From contig SHYK01000003.1 in the NCBI GenBank assembly GCA_009692845.1, forward strand, positions 3,956-67,955: a stretch of DNA of 64,000 nt, read 5' to 3'. The notes beneath the pieces are model-generated. The model searched no databases and had not been told where the DNA came from. It was given only the letters and a program-made list of their open reading frames with translations. The position numbers and the translations under genes are program-made. Shown one piece after another: positions 39,018 to 49,858 of the stretch. Positions within the stretch are counted from its first letter, which is position 1. Each line of letters starts with the position of its first letter. Source of the DNA: Chloroflexota bacterium. GTDB taxonomy: Bacteria > Chloroflexota > UBA6077 > SHYK01.

Positions 39018-40280
39018 GTGCAAGAGTCACGACCCGGCTTGAGACAAGCGTTTGTCGCGCTCCATCATCGCAGCTTCCGGATGTTTTTCGCGGCCTCGCT
39101 CGTCCAGGGATTCGGTGGTCAGATGCAACAGATGGCCAACCTGTGGCTGATCTATAGCATCACTGGTTCCGCCCTCCAGCTAGGACTCACCGGTTTGGCC
39201 CGTGCGGTCCCCTCGATTGTGTTTACGCTCATCGGCGGGGTCATTGCCGACCGGATGGAGCGGCGGAGGCTCATCGTCTTCGCCCAGCTCGGAAGCGGGA
39301 TCCTGGCGCTAGTCTTGGGTACGCTCGCCGTCCTGGGATTAATTGAGGTCTGGCACATCTATGCAGTCACGTTCTTGGGCGGTGCACTCGGCTCGGTGAG
39401 CCAGCCCGCCCAGCGATCCGTCATTGCGCATCTGGTGCCGCGCCATCATCTCATGAACGCAATGGCCATGCGATTTAGCCTCAACCAGATGAACTCGATC
39501 ATCGGCCCGTCATTGGGGGGCGTGTTGATCGCCACCTTCGGAGCCGCGGTGACCTACCTTTTCAATGGCGCCGCGCTCGCCGTCACCGCGGCCATGTTGA
39601 TTCGGATCGACATGGGGGAGGCTCCGCCTCCGGCCGCGAACTCTGCAGTTGCTTCTCTAATCGAAGGCTTCGCCTATGTCCGAAAGCGGTCGGTGATCCT
39701 CGCGCTCCTGTCGGTCGATTCGGTGACGATGTTTTTTGGTCCGTACCAGGTGTTCTTGCCGATCATCGCCGCGCAATTCGGCCTGGGTCCCCAGGGCTAT
39801 GGGCTCCTGGCGTCGGCACCGGGGGTCGGCGCGGTGCTCGGTTCGGTCACGGTGATGTCGCTCGGAAATTTTCCCTACAAGGGGATCCTGATTTCGGCGG
39901 CGCTGCTGGCCTACAGTGTTTGTCTGATCGGCCTGGCGCTTTCGCCCTGGTTTGTGGTCGCGCTCGTTGCGCTCGCCTCAGTCGGCTTTGCGGATTCGAT
40001 GAATGCCACGACCCGCGCGGCGACCATTCAATTGCTCGCCCCCGACGAGTTTCGCGGGCGGGTCAGCAGCATCCAACAGATGCTGCAGGGCGGTATCCCG
40101 AGCCTCGGTCAGGGCCTCATGGGCGGCATCGCGACGGTCGTGGGAGTTCCGGCGGCGCTGATCGCGGGCGGGCTGATCGGGGGCGCGTGCAACCTGGGCA
40201 TCCTCTTTGCGAACCGCGAGTTGCGCTCGCGCGAGCTTGGAATGGACCTGGAGCCGGTCGGAGGTAGCATTCGGACATGA
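39018..40280 (+). CDS. MFS transporter (EntS/MFS_3-like)
   Basis: 420 aa with ~12 TM segments. The loop 2-3 motif is [13 protein letters not shown]. Confidence 0.7.
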   Translation: MQESRPGLRQAFVALHHRSFRMFFAASLVQGFGGQMQQMANLWLIYSITGSALQLGLTGLARAVPSIVFTLIGGVIADRMERRRLIVFAQLGSGILALVLGTLAVLGLIEVWHIYAVTFLGGALGSVSQPAQRSVIAHLVPRHHLMNAMAMRFSLNQMNSIIGPSLGGVLIATFGAAVTYLFNGAALAVTAAMLIRIDMGEAPPPAANSAVASLIEGFAYVRKRSVILALLSVDSVTMFFGPYQVFLPIIAAQFGLGPQGYGLLASAPGVGAVLGSVTVMSLGNFPYKGILISAALLAYSVCLIGLALSPWFVVALVALASVGFADSMNATTRAATIQLLAPDEFRGRVSSIQQMLQGGIPSLGQGLMGGIATVVGVPAALIAGGLIGGACNLGILFANRELRSRELGMDLEPVGGSIRT

Positions 40281-41137
40281 CTTTGGCTACGTTGCCCTTT
40301 GGACGCACCGGCCACCAGAGCACGCGAATTATTTTCGGTGCGGCGGCACTCTCCCGAGTCAGCCAGGAGGAAGCGGATCGTACGCTCGACGTGCTGCTTC
40401 GCCATGGCATCAACCATATCGACGTCGCAGCGAGCTACGGGGAGGCGGAGCTCCGAGTGGCGCCCTGGCTGCGTAGGAACCCGGACATGTTCTTCTTGGC
40501 GACCAAGACCGGCGAGCGTCGGGCCGGACCAGCCCGAGAGGATCTGCAACGCTCTTTAGAGCGGCTCGGGGTTGACCACATCGATCTCTGGCAGATCCAC
40601 AATCTGGCCGATCCTATCGAATGGGATCGGGCGCTCAGTCCGGGTGGAGTCCTCGAAGCGGCTATCCGAGCCCGCGAGGAAGGCCTGGTGCGCTTTATTG
40701 GGGTGACCGGCCATGGCACCCAAATCGTCGCCACGCACCGGCGCAGCCTGCAGCGCTTTGATTTCGATTCGGTGCTGGCTCCCTACAATTTCCTGACCCT
40801 GCAAGAACCCTACTACGCTCGCAACTTTGATGCGTTACAGGCGACCTGCCAGGAGCGCGGCGTGGCGCTGCAGACCATCAAGTCCATCGCCTATCGACCG
40901 TGGATGGCCCGCGAACATACCGCGTCCACCTGGTACCAGCCGCTCACCGATCAGCCGGACATTGATCTGGCGGTGCACTGGGCGCTCGGGCGTTCCGGAA
41001 TTTTTGTCATCTCGGTGGGCGACGTGCAGCTGCTTCCTAAAGTGTTGGAGGCGGCGGAGCGATTTGAGCGGGCCGCGACTGACGGTGACGTGCAAGCGAT
41101 GGTGAATCGCTTGAGTATGGAGCCCCTGTTCGTCTAG
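40277..41137 (+). CDS. Aldo/keto reductase
   Basis: [25 protein letters not shown] and IGVTGH. The start overlaps the MFS stop by 4 nt (ATGA). Confidence 0.8.
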   Translation: MTLATLPFGRTGHQSTRIIFGAAALSRVSQEEADRTLDVLLRHGINHIDVAASYGEAELRVAPWLRRNPDMFFLATKTGERRAGPAREDLQRSLERLGVDHIDLWQIHNLADPIEWDRALSPGGVLEAAIRAREEGLVRFIGVTGHGTQIVATHRRSLQRFDFDSVLAPYNFLTLQEPYYARNFDALQATCQERGVALQTIKSIAYRPWMAREHTASTWYQPLTDQPDIDLAVHWALGRSGIFVISVGDVQLLPKVLEAAERFERAATDGDVQAMVNRLSMEPLFV

Positions 41138-41194
41138 CCAGCCAGATAGCATCTGGAGGCAAGGTACGAGGGTCGCTAAAGCGAAATTTGCGCT

Positions 41195-42061
41195 TTGACT
41201 CCCGCTAGCGGAGCTGGGACTGGGATTCTGAAAATCGGCTGTCCCGATGCCCGGGGCATTGTGGCTGCGGTATCCGGATTCCTCGCCGGCCATGGCGCGA
41301 ACATCGTCGATGCCCAGCAACACACGGATAAATCGGACGACGCCTTCTTCATGCGGGTTGAGTTCGAGCTGGCCGGCATGGATATTGCGCAGGCGGACGT
41401 GGTGCCAGCGCTTCAGTTGGTGGCCGACCGATTTGGCATGAACTGGGGAATCAGCTGGTCGGACCGGATTCCGGTCGTGGGCATCATGGTCTCGCAGCTC
41501 GAGCATTGCTTGATCGACCTGCTGGCCCGTCATCGCATGGGCGAGCTGCAGGTGCGCATCCCCATCATCATCAGCAACCATGCTGAGCTGGCCTCCATCG
41601 CGGCTGCGTTTGGAATCCCCTTCGCATGTATTCCCGTGACAGCGGGGGAAAAGGAGGCGGCCGAAGCCCGCGCAATCGAAATCTTGAAAAAGGCCAACTG
41701 CGATCTGGTGGTGTTGGCGCGTTACATGCAGATCCTGAGCCCGACCTTTCTGAGCGCCTACCCCATGCGCATCATCAACATCCATCATGGGTTCCTGCCA
41801 GCCTTCGCGGGCGCGCGGGCGTACAACCAGGCTCACGAGCGGGGAGTGAAGCTCATCGGCGCCACGAGCTACTACGTGACCGACATCCTGGATGATGGGC
41901 CCATCATCCAGGATGTGATTCGAGTCTCTCACCGCGATTCGGTCGAGGATCTGGTTCGTAAGGGACGCGACCTGGAGCGGCTGGTGCTCGCTCGCGCGGT
42001 GAGAGCGCATGTCGAGGACCGCATCGTCGTCCACGGCACCCGGACGGTGGTGTTCGAGTAG
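41195..42061 (+). CDS. purU: Formyltetrahydrofolate deformylase
   Basis: An N-terminal ACT domain (GIVAAVSGFLAGHGANIVD) is followed by a formyltransferase core (ISNH..., INIHHGFLPAFAGA, GATSYYVT..LDDGPII). Confidence 0.9.
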   Translation: MTPASGAGTGILKIGCPDARGIVAAVSGFLAGHGANIVDAQQHTDKSDDAFFMRVEFELAGMDIAQADVVPALQLVADRFGMNWGISWSDRIPVVGIMVSQLEHCLIDLLARHRMGELQVRIPIIISNHAELASIAAAFGIPFACIPVTAGEKEAAEARAIEILKKANCDLVVLARYMQILSPTFLSAYPMRIINIHHGFLPAFAGARAYNQAHERGVKLIGATSYYVTDILDDGPIIQDVIRVSHRDSVEDLVRKGRDLERLVLARAVRAHVEDRIVVHGTRTVVFE

Positions 42062-42584
42062 ACAGAGAGTAAGGTAGGGAACGGTGAAGCGGTTGAGAGA
42101 TCGGGCGTCCGTCCTCAACGAGGCCTACATCCGGATTGTGGCGATCAACACCTGACCTATGGAGTTATCGGCAGCCTGGTGTTCTTGGTGAGGGTCGAAT
42201 ACTGCGACGCCGGTTGCGTCCTCACCTCGATCGGTACCGATATTGAGCACCTGCGTTCGGTCGTAACTAATTGGTGCGCTCAACGTGGCCGCGAGAGAGC
42301 TTCAGATCGGAACTCCCGCAGTGAATCCACGAGGCTGGGCCGGCCCTACGGGCAATCGGCGAGGTTGTTGAGCAGGCATTCATTATATCTCTCCGTTAGG
42401 CCTGATCAGGTCATATGTTCGTGTTAATTCGGGCACATCCGCTGTGCTAATTTCCGCACGTCCGGTTTGTTTCGGTATGCGCTCGTTTTCTCCTTCGGAG
42501 GCCGGGCCGGCGCAGGAAAGAGGGGTTCTGCGGAGCGCAGACTCAATCAGGCATTCGCAGGGCGCTGGTCGGATATCCCTTGGC

Positions 42585-44552
42585 TCACCGAGCAGGGAGC
42601 GGCAACGGGGTTACCACGAATTCGATGGGGGGACTAGTCGGCCGTCCGGACAGAATCCCGACGTGTTCGAAACGAATTGACGTAACTGAGTCCGTGTCGA
42701 GGGCGGGGGGCAACTGGAACAGGTTCAGGATTTCCAGGTTGCGCCAATCGCCGGGCTCCCAGAAGGCAATGGGGTAGGCGACGTGCCTTTCGCGGTGGAT
42801 TTCGCCTCGCGGGCTGAGCAGCATGACGTCGGTAAAGAAATGGTCGAGCGGTTCCGCCTGGAATCGCCACAGAACCGCCAGCATGGGCCCATGATCAGAT
42901 CCCTGAGGAGGAACGAAACCCGCCGCCTGGTAGCGTACCGTGGGCGATCCTGGGGTGGATGGAGCGCCGACCAGATGGGTGGTCGCCCAGTTGTCCAAGG
43001 CGCTACTCGCCAGGTCGAAGATCCGGTGGGTCCAGCGGCCACCCGGTAGCTCCTGAGTAAAGACCTCCGAAGATCCGAATTCGCTCCTCAGAAAGCGGGC
43101 CATGGTCTGGTCGTCGCGGGAGGTGACCAGCAGGAGCCGGGGAGACTGATTCCAAAAGACAATCCCGTCTCGTCCGTCGTGAATGCGAACGAGGTCATAT
43201 TCCCGCCGGAGGAGCGTGGCGGCCAGGGTTCCCTGCTCCGCGTATCCGGCCCCACCGACCATCACCTGGATTCGATCGCCCGCGGCCCGGTTGCGCATCT
43301 CGGTCACTAGCTGATCGGTGAACCGCCAGGGTAGGGTGAAGTCTCCAAGGTGCCATTCGGTCTGGGGAGTGGCGAAGAAGGGCAGCGCCAGCAGGAGCTG
43401 GGTCCCGATGATGATCGCCGAGCCGACCGAGGCTCCCAGAGCCAGCGGCCGCGCTGGGAGAGCGCTGAGGCCGCCGATGCCGAGCAGTAGCGGCGGGGCC
43501 ACATTGATGAAGTAGTGGGCGAACACCGAAGCGACGTTTCCGATCTCCGGAGGGCGGGCGAGAACCGCTACTGGTACAGCCACCATCGCCGCCGCCACGA
43601 GACAGGTGACGGCCGTGGCCGGGTGATCGCTTCGGGTTTTCCAGCCGGTCCAGATGAGCCAGAGCCAACCGATCCCGGCCAGACCGCGAGCGCCGTAATC
43701 GACGAAATTGAAGGGGAATGCCGTGGCATCGAGCCCCAGCCCCCCCCAATCTAGTCGGGCATCCGCGATGTTCTGATAGGCCACTCCGGTAACGAGGAGG
43801 GTGGCCTGATTCAGGCTTTCGAGGGTCCAGCCCGGGGATGCCGCAGCGTTATGCAGGTCCAGCTTCACAACCGCCGGCCAGGCGCTGCCCACGAGCCAGG
43901 GGACCATCAGGGCCAGCCCGGCTGCCCCGCCCACCGCGAGACCTCTTCGCGAGAAGCCTCCGGCGGCAGGGAGCAATGCGCCCACCGCGGCGGCGTTCGC
44001 GATCCCGCTGAGGTGGGTCTGGACGCTGAGCGACAGCGCGACGCCGGCACCGATCCAGGCCAGGATCGAGTCTCTGCGAGCGGCGCGCTGCAGAGTCCAC
44101 AGGAAGAGGACGGCGGTCGGGGCGATCAGTGCGTTGAGCCACAGCCGACGGTCGAATACGACCAGCCAGGGGTTCACCGCGAACAGGGCCGCCGAGATCA
44201 GCCCCGCCCGGTTCCCGAACAGGCTCCTGGTCAGGCTGTACATGAGTGGGATGGCGGCGGTCCCGCAAACCGCCCAGAAGCTCTCCACGCTCCAGAGCGA
44301 CGTCGAGATTCGGCTAGGAATAGCCAATGCGTAGGGCGCGACGGGGCCATTGGGGATTCCGACCGATGCCGCGATTCCGGTCGGAAGGGCTCGGCCAGCG
44401 GCGATCTGACTCGCGAGCCCAGTCATTTCGAGCTCGTCGAGCCCATATTGCCAGCCGTCTAAATCCCAGAGGCGGAGCACGCCACCGGTCAAGGTGATGA
44501 CGGTTAAGAGTACGAGCGTCCACGAGGGTGCCCGTCGAGCGCGCCAGGTCAC
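42585..44552 (-). CDS. GT-C fold membrane glycosyltransferase-like protein, tandem paralogue B
   Basis: The first-loop acidic motif is YGLDELEM, followed by ~12 TM segments, NPWLVVFDRRLWLNAL and a ~250-aa soluble C-terminal domain. The likely GTG start at 44552 overlaps the upstream stop (GTGA). The ATG-initiated ORF extends to 44702. Confidence 0.65.
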   Translation of the reverse strand: MTWRARRAPSWTLVLLTVITLTGGVLRLWDLDGWQYGLDELEMTGLASQIAAGRALPTGIAASVGIPNGPVAPYALAIPSRISTSLWSVESFWAVCGTAAIPLMYSLTRSLFGNRAGLISAALFAVNPWLVVFDRRLWLNALIAPTAVLFLWTLQRAARRDSILAWIGAGVALSLSVQTHLSGIANAAAVGALLPAAGGFSRRGLAVGGAAGLALMVPWLVGSAWPAVVKLDLHNAAASPGWTLESLNQATLLVTGVAYQNIADARLDWGGLGLDATAFPFNFVDYGARGLAGIGWLWLIWTGWKTRSDHPATAVTCLVAAAMVAVPVAVLARPPEIGNVASVFAHYFINVAPPLLLGIGGLSALPARPLALGASVGSAIIIGTQLLLALPFFATPQTEWHLGDFTLPWRFTDQLVTEMRNRAAGDRIQVMVGGAGYAEQGTLAATLLRREYDLVRIHDGRDGIVFWNQSPRLLLVTSRDDQTMARFLRSEFGSSEVFTQELPGGRWTHRIFDLASSALDNWATTHLVGAPSTPGSPTVRYQAAGFVPPQGSDHGPMLAVLWRFQAEPLDHFFTDVMLLSPRGEIHRERHVAYPIAFWEPGDWRNLEILNLFQLPPALDTDSVTSIRFEHVGILSGRPTSPPIEFVVTPLPLPAR

Positions 44553-46507
44553 CTGGAGGCAGCCACTACCGGGAATCTGAGGGCTGGCGTAATGTCGCGA
44601 CCGGAGCGTAGCCCGTTGTGAATGAGCGCGACCTCGGTCACGTCCCGAACATCGAGGCCGTCGGGAAGATCGAAAAGATTGAGCACCCGAAGGGATTTCC
44701 AATCATCGGTTTCCATAAAAGGAGCGGGGTAGGCCAGGTGGGTTTCACGAAACAGCTCAAAGCCATTCTTGAACAAGACGATGTCGGTGAAGAAGGCCTC
44801 TACTGGATCAGACTTGAATTCCCAGAGGAGCGCCAACACCGGTCTTTCCCCGAGCAGGGAGGCCGGTAGTAGGGCCGCCCGCTCGTAGCGCAAGACCGGG
44901 CTGCCCGGATCGGCGACCGGACTCAGATGGGAGCTGGCCCACGCCTCAATATCTCGCGGGGCTAGCTCGAAAGCGCGCCGAATCCAGCCCGATCCAGGCA
45001 GGACCTGTTCGAGTAGCTGTGAATTCGGAAATGCGGTCCGGAGGAAACGAGCCTCGCTGTGGCGGTCATTCGTGGTCACGAAAATCGAGCCGGCGGTATC
45101 GACCCGGTAGACAATCCCATCGCGGCTATCATGCGCTCGGGCCAAGTCATAGTCTCGCCTGAGCAGCCACTCGGTGAGGTTCTGCTGCTCGGCCTCCCCG
45201 AACAGGCTCACATTGCTTCCGATCCCGCCCACGTAAACCGATTCCCCGTGAGTGGCTGCCCGGTTTCTCACGGTGTCGACCAGTTCACCGGTGAAGTGCC
45301 ACGGGATGCCGTAGTCGCCTTGCATCCAATACTCATCAACGGTGGTGAAGAACGGAACCGCCAGCGCTAGCTGGCTGGACGCGACGAGCAAACAGCTGAC
45401 CTCCGCTACGACCCGAATGAGACGGAACCTCGCGACAGTTAACCCGGCTATTCCGAGCATGAACGGGGGTATGACGTTGATCAAATGGTGGGGCCCGGCA
45501 AATGGAAGCGACCCGGTCCGGGGTGGCCAGGCCAGGATCAAGGCGGGGATCGCCACCATAGCGAAGGCCACCAGGCACAACGCGGCAATTGCGGGCTGAT
45601 CGCGCCGGGCCCAACCCAGCCAGCCGAGGGATAGAGCGCCGATCACGGCGAGCGATCGGCCCAGGACGTCGATGGCAGTGAAGGGCGGAGAATCGGCGTC
45701 GAGCATCCGGGCAGCCTGGGCCGCGACCGCCTGATAGCCGAGTCCGGTCATGGGCCGGGTCAGCCGCTCTACGACTTCTGAGCTCGGACTGGTGGCGCCT
45801 CCCAGTGCCTCGGTTAAGTGGGAGCGGGCGAGATCCGGGAGTAGGCTCTGAGTCACCCAGGGCGCCATCAAGAGGCCGGCAACCAGAACCGCGAAGGCGA
45901 TTCCCGCCCAGGACCGTCGCGCTATTGGCGCCAGCCCGACTAGCGCGAGCGCATTGGGAACCGCGCTCAGATGAATCTGGACGCTGGTGGCGAGAGCCGC
46001 GCCAGCCAGGGTCCAGGTTGCCCACGTATTGTGGACGGCCGCCCGGTACACGGCCCAAAGGAAGACTACCGCCCCCGGCGCAAGCAAGGCGTTGAGCCAG
46101 AGACGCCGCCCAGTGACTACGAGCCATGGGTTCGTGGCAAATAAAAGGGCGGCGACGAGTCCCGCCCGCGGCCCAAAGAGGGCGGCGGCGACCCAGTAGA
46201 AGATCGGGATCGCGGCCGTATTGAGGGCGGCGACGAATCCGGCCATGGCCCAATGGGACGTGGAGAATAGCGCTGGAATCGCGATCAGGTAGTCGCCGGC
46301 TGGGCCATTGTTGATCCCAACTGAAGAGGCTCCGCCATCAGTTGGCAAGAAGCCCTGGCGAGCGATCTGGAGGGCCAGGCTGGTTACGTGCCACTCGTCA
46401 TAACTGAATTGCGCTGCGTCGAGGTTCCAGAAACGTAGGAGGCCCCCGATCAGCGTGATCAGCAGGAGCCCGCTCGCGGAGGAATGTCGGTTGAGAAATT
46501 CCTTCAT
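44549..46507 (-). CDS. GT-C fold membrane glycosyltransferase-like protein, tandem paralogue A
   Basis: FSYDEWH first-loop motif and NPWLVVTGRRLWLNAL. It is collinear with paralogue B along its whole length, including the C-terminal domain (DSRDGIVY.., FFTDIVLF.., LNLFDLP..). Confidence 0.65.
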   Translation of the reverse strand: MKEFLNRHSSASGLLLITLIGGLLRFWNLDAAQFSYDEWHVTSLALQIARQGFLPTDGGASSVGINNGPAGDYLIAIPALFSTSHWAMAGFVAALNTAAIPIFYWVAAALFGPRAGLVAALLFATNPWLVVTGRRLWLNALLAPGAVVFLWAVYRAAVHNTWATWTLAGAALATSVQIHLSAVPNALALVGLAPIARRSWAGIAFAVLVAGLLMAPWVTQSLLPDLARSHLTEALGGATSPSSEVVERLTRPMTGLGYQAVAAQAARMLDADSPPFTAIDVLGRSLAVIGALSLGWLGWARRDQPAIAALCLVAFAMVAIPALILAWPPRTGSLPFAGPHHLINVIPPFMLGIAGLTVARFRLIRVVAEVSCLLVASSQLALAVPFFTTVDEYWMQGDYGIPWHFTGELVDTVRNRAATHGESVYVGGIGSNVSLFGEAEQQNLTEWLLRRDYDLARAHDSRDGIVYRVDTAGSIFVTTNDRHSEARFLRTAFPNSQLLEQVLPGSGWIRRAFELAPRDIEAWASSHLSPVADPGSPVLRYERAALLPASLLGERPVLALLWEFKSDPVEAFFTDIVLFKNGFELFRETHLAYPAPFMETDDWKSLRVLNLFDLPDGLDVRDVTEVALIHNGLRSGRDITPALRFPVVAASR

Positions 46508-46858
46508 GAGCGCGGGACGGCCCGATGCGGCGAGTCCTTGAGCAGTGCGGTCTCTCCTGTTCGCGCGCCCTTGCTGGGGTGAGAAAGTTGCCGAGGGTCG
46601 GGAGACGAGTCGTGGGACCGGCCGTAGCTGGGTCGCTGGCCGGTCCCTGGTTGGATTGTATGCGCCGTTCGGGCTCCCCTAAGGGATTTCGCACTATCGG
46701 GCCGGCGTTCGGCAGCGATTCCAGTACAGGTTTCGTTCCAGAAATAGCGGTTCCCCCGATGAACTCCCCGACTATCGATGGTTAGGATTTCCCAACCGCT
46801 ACCAGGCTGGTTGGCGAGGTCAGCTTCGCGTGGGTCTGGGTGGTCGAGGTGCCGATCG

Positions 46859-47575
46859 ATGTCGAACTTTTCTCTCACTGGAATGGCCGCTCAGGCAGCT
46901 GAGCTGGCCAGGCTGGTCGGACAGCTGCAAGGCCCGACCACCAAAATGCCCGGGAGCACGGGTCCGATCCCCAAAGGGGGGCCCAGCTTCGGCGATTTCT
47001 TGATGCAGCTTCAGCAATCGCTCACTAGTGCCCTACCGGCCCCGATTGCCAATCCCCTGAAAGGCCTAATCCTGCCCCAGTTGACCATGCCATCGGTTCT
47101 GCCGGCCCTGCAGCTCCCAGGGCCCTCGACAGCAAGTTCTCGGACCGCTCCCCTTGAGGATTTGATCGTGAATTCCGCGCCCCAAGCAGAGGCACAAACC
47201 AGCACCTCCGTCCCACCCGCTACTGGGTTTGGGCACTGGGAGATGCGGTCTGAGCAACGCCCTTATTCCTGGTTGTCCGACGATAAATTGGACTTCGCCC
47301 AACGGCCAGTTGTAGAGAGGTGGAAGCAGAATCCGTTTTCACAAGTCTGGGTCTACGATGTTCAGCCGACTGCGGAAAACAACTGGGCGGGATGGGGGCC
47401 CACCGCCCGGGGCATGGAAGATCCTGGATGCAGCCGGGCAGGCCACCAAGGAATCCCTTCCGTGGCCGCCCCCCGGGGCCCCGCCCTCGAACTGGAATCC
47501 GGACCCGGCCGCTCGACTCGGCGCGTATTAGGCTCGGCAAGTACTAGACCGGATCGCAAATTGACGGCCCGGTAG
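46859..47575 (+). CDS. Hypothetical Pro/Ser/Gln-rich protein (possibly frameshifted near its 3' end)
   Basis: No recognisable domain. The start is taken at MSNFSLTG. After ~47395 a different frame (GPPPGAWKILDAAGQATKESLPWPPPGAPPSNWNPDPAARLGAY*, stop 47529-47531) looks at least as protein-like as the annotated frame. Confidence 0.3.
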   Translation: MSNFSLTGMAAQAAELARLVGQLQGPTTKMPGSTGPIPKGGPSFGDFLMQLQQSLTSALPAPIANPLKGLILPQLTMPSVLPALQLPGPSTASSRTAPLEDLIVNSAPQAEAQTSTSVPPATGFGHWEMRSEQRPYSWLSDDKLDFAQRPVVERWKQNPFSQVWVYDVQPTAENNWAGWGPTARGMEDPGCSRAGHQGIPSVAAPRGPALELESGPGRSTRRVLGSASTRPDRKLTAR

Positions 47576-47622
47576 GGCGGGGACTAGAACCGCTCAGCTT
47601 AAGTCGGTCAATAGTTCTCGTT

Positions 47623-47683
47623 GTAGCGCGGGGGCTTGTCCCCCGCTCGTCTTGGTACGACGGGGGACAAGCCCTCGCGCTAC
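47623..47683. repeat. 23-bp-stem hairpin (1 mismatch) upstream of the third GT-C gene
   Basis: gtagcgcgggggcttgtcccccg-N15-cgggggacaagccctcgcgctac. Confidence 0.6.
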
Positions 47684-47872
47684 GGGACGCAACCGAGTCG
47701 CGCCAACCGCTGGCGGCCTTCCGCCTCACAGCACTAGTGCCCCCGCCGCTGCCCATTGATCAGGTGGGTCGTACCGGGCGGGCGGGCGGGCGCGAAGTCC
47801 ATTAAGATTGACTGATTTGTCTCGCCAATTCATTTTCCTGCCCGCTTCCCCCCAGCCCCGGTTCTCCGCCGA

Positions 47873-49801
47873 ATGAGCGCCACCAGCGCGGAGCAGGCCC
47901 CGCTGGATCCAGTTGTTCTCGGCCGTCGTGTAAAGCTTTCGCGACTTGGCTGGTTCACCGATCTCAAGGTGCGTCGGTTGCTCCTGGTAGGAGCGACCCT
48001 GGCTGCCTTTGCGCTGCGGATCGTCAACATTGGGGACCAGCGTGGGCTCGATTGGGACGAGGTGTTCAGCGCGGCGCTGGCTTCGATTCCGCCCGGCGAG
48101 ATCGTTCAGTACGAATTGCACGCGATCCAGGAGCATCCGCCGCTCTTTTATTTCTTGCTGCACGGGTGGATGGGCGCGGCCGGAGATGGCGAAGCCGCGC
48201 TGCGGATGTCTGGGGTGATTCCCTCAGTTCTGGCAGTGCCGGTGGTGGGCTTCGCCACTGCGCTGGTCGCGGGTACTCCGGCCGGCGCGGTTGCTGCTTG
48301 GGTGCTGGCCCTCGCCCCGCTCGACGTTTTTTACGGCCGCTATGCCCGCATGTATGCGCTGTTGACGCTGTACATGGCGATGCTCCTGGCGGGAGCCGCG
48401 TACATGAGCCGTCGGCCGGGGAGCCGACGCGGGCCGCTCCTGGCTGCCTCAGCGGTGGCGCTGACGATTGGCACGCACTACTTTGTCGCCTTCGCAGTGA
48501 TCCTACCGGCCCTGGTCCTGGGCTTTTTCGGGGGTGCCCGGCGGACCGTGGCCCTGGCCTCGGCTGCCGCGGCGGCCTTCGTCCTCGCCTGGCTCGCGGT
48601 GTCGCCGGGGCTCAAAGAGACCCTGATCACGAGGATCGGGCCCCGCGGGGTTGATCCACGAGTCATCCTGGACACGTTCTCGACCAGTTTGGGGGCGATC
48701 GCGTGGCCGTTCGGGTCTTTGGGACTCGGTGCGGCAGTCGTCCTGGCTGCGTTGGCCTGGGTGGTCTGGCGAAGGCGCTCGATGCCCTCTCCGTTCTGGC
48801 TTACAGCTGCGACTGGCTTCCTGGTTCCCATGCTGATCGTCCCGGCGCTCTCCTGGGTCGGAATCCTCTTCATGCCCCGCTATGTGGTCGTGGGGATTCC
48901 GGCCGCGGCGGTGCTCCTGGGGCTGGCATCGAAGAGCCTTCGGGTTGGCCCACTAGTCGGCGTCAGTGTGGTGTTGGCGGCAATCACCTGGTCGGCGCTC
49001 GTGCCGAACTTCTCACACCGGTGGGGCGACTACCAGGACGCGATGCGGGAGATGGGCCTCCAGGCCCATGGCGATGATGCGGTGGTGTTGAACGGGCCGG
49101 CCCAGGCCATGTGGTACGAACGCTATCGGGACAGCCTGCCGGACGGGAAAATCCTCGTGCGCCCTGAAGGCCCAGCGCCGAGCCAGCTTTTCGCGGCGGT
49201 CGTTTCAGGAAAGCCGGTTCGGATGGAAGAGGCCGGGCCGGTGCTGACCGAGGAGGCTTCTGCGCATCCCAGGTTGTGGGTGGTCGAATCAGCGACCGAC
49301 TATTTTGATCCCCAGGATCTGGTGCTCGGTTGGTTGGATAGCCATGCGTATCCAGTTTCGGTACGCCATTTTACGAATGCGGTCCTGCGCTTGTACTTCA
49401 CGGACGGCGCCCGACCTCCGTTGGAATCGCGGGCGGTGGACCGTGATCTCCTAGACGTGCACGTCGACCGGGTGGCGTTGGACGCCTGGACGCTGACGGC
49501 CGGGGCCGAGGCCCGTCTCCTGGTGGCGGGCTTCCCGGGTAGTAACCCGGGTCCCCGCAAGGTTTCGGTTCGGCTCATCCCCAAGGATGGGGGCAAGGCG
49601 ATCTGGGAGCAAGACCGTCCCCTAGCGGTGAACACTGGAAGGCTGGAGATGCGGGGCGGGCTGGTCATCCCGAAGGACGCAAGTCCGGGAGCCTATGGTC
49701 TGGACCTGATCGTCTACGAAGTGGGTCCGGGAGGCATCGCCCGCAGCAGCGAGGCGGTCCGGGTTGGTGAGGTGTCGATTACCGCCGCGAGGTCTGCCTA
49801 G
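47873..49801 (+). CDS. GT-C fold membrane glycosyltransferase-like protein (GT39/PMT_2-like)
   Basis: GLDWDEVFS first-loop motif and EHPPLFYFLLHGW. Multiple TM segments precede a soluble C-terminal domain (...VSVRLIPKDGGKAIWEQDRPL...GAYGLDLIVYE). Confidence 0.65.
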   Translation: MSATSAEQAPLDPVVLGRRVKLSRLGWFTDLKVRRLLLVGATLAAFALRIVNIGDQRGLDWDEVFSAALASIPPGEIVQYELHAIQEHPPLFYFLLHGWMGAAGDGEAALRMSGVIPSVLAVPVVGFATALVAGTPAGAVAAWVLALAPLDVFYGRYARMYALLTLYMAMLLAGAAYMSRRPGSRRGPLLAASAVALTIGTHYFVAFAVILPALVLGFFGGARRTVALASAAAAAFVLAWLAVSPGLKETLITRIGPRGVDPRVILDTFSTSLGAIAWPFGSLGLGAAVVLAALAWVVWRRRSMPSPFWLTAATGFLVPMLIVPALSWVGILFMPRYVVVGIPAAAVLLGLASKSLRVGPLVGVSVVLAAITWSALVPNFSHRWGDYQDAMREMGLQAHGDDAVVLNGPAQAMWYERYRDSLPDGKILVRPEGPAPSQLFAAVVSGKPVRMEEAGPVLTEEASAHPRLWVVESATDYFDPQDLVLGWLDSHAYPVSVRHFTNAVLRLYFTDGARPPLESRAVDRDLLDVHVDRVALDAWTLTAGAEARLLVAGFPGSNPGPRKVSVRLIPKDGGKAIWEQDRPLAVNTGRLEMRGGLVIPKDASPGAYGLDLIVYEVGPGGIARSSEAVRVGEVSITAARSA

Positions 49802-49858
49802 TCACCCCCCGGCCTGGGGCGCCACGCCTGTGTAGAATCGTGGGGGTGGAAGCGAGCT

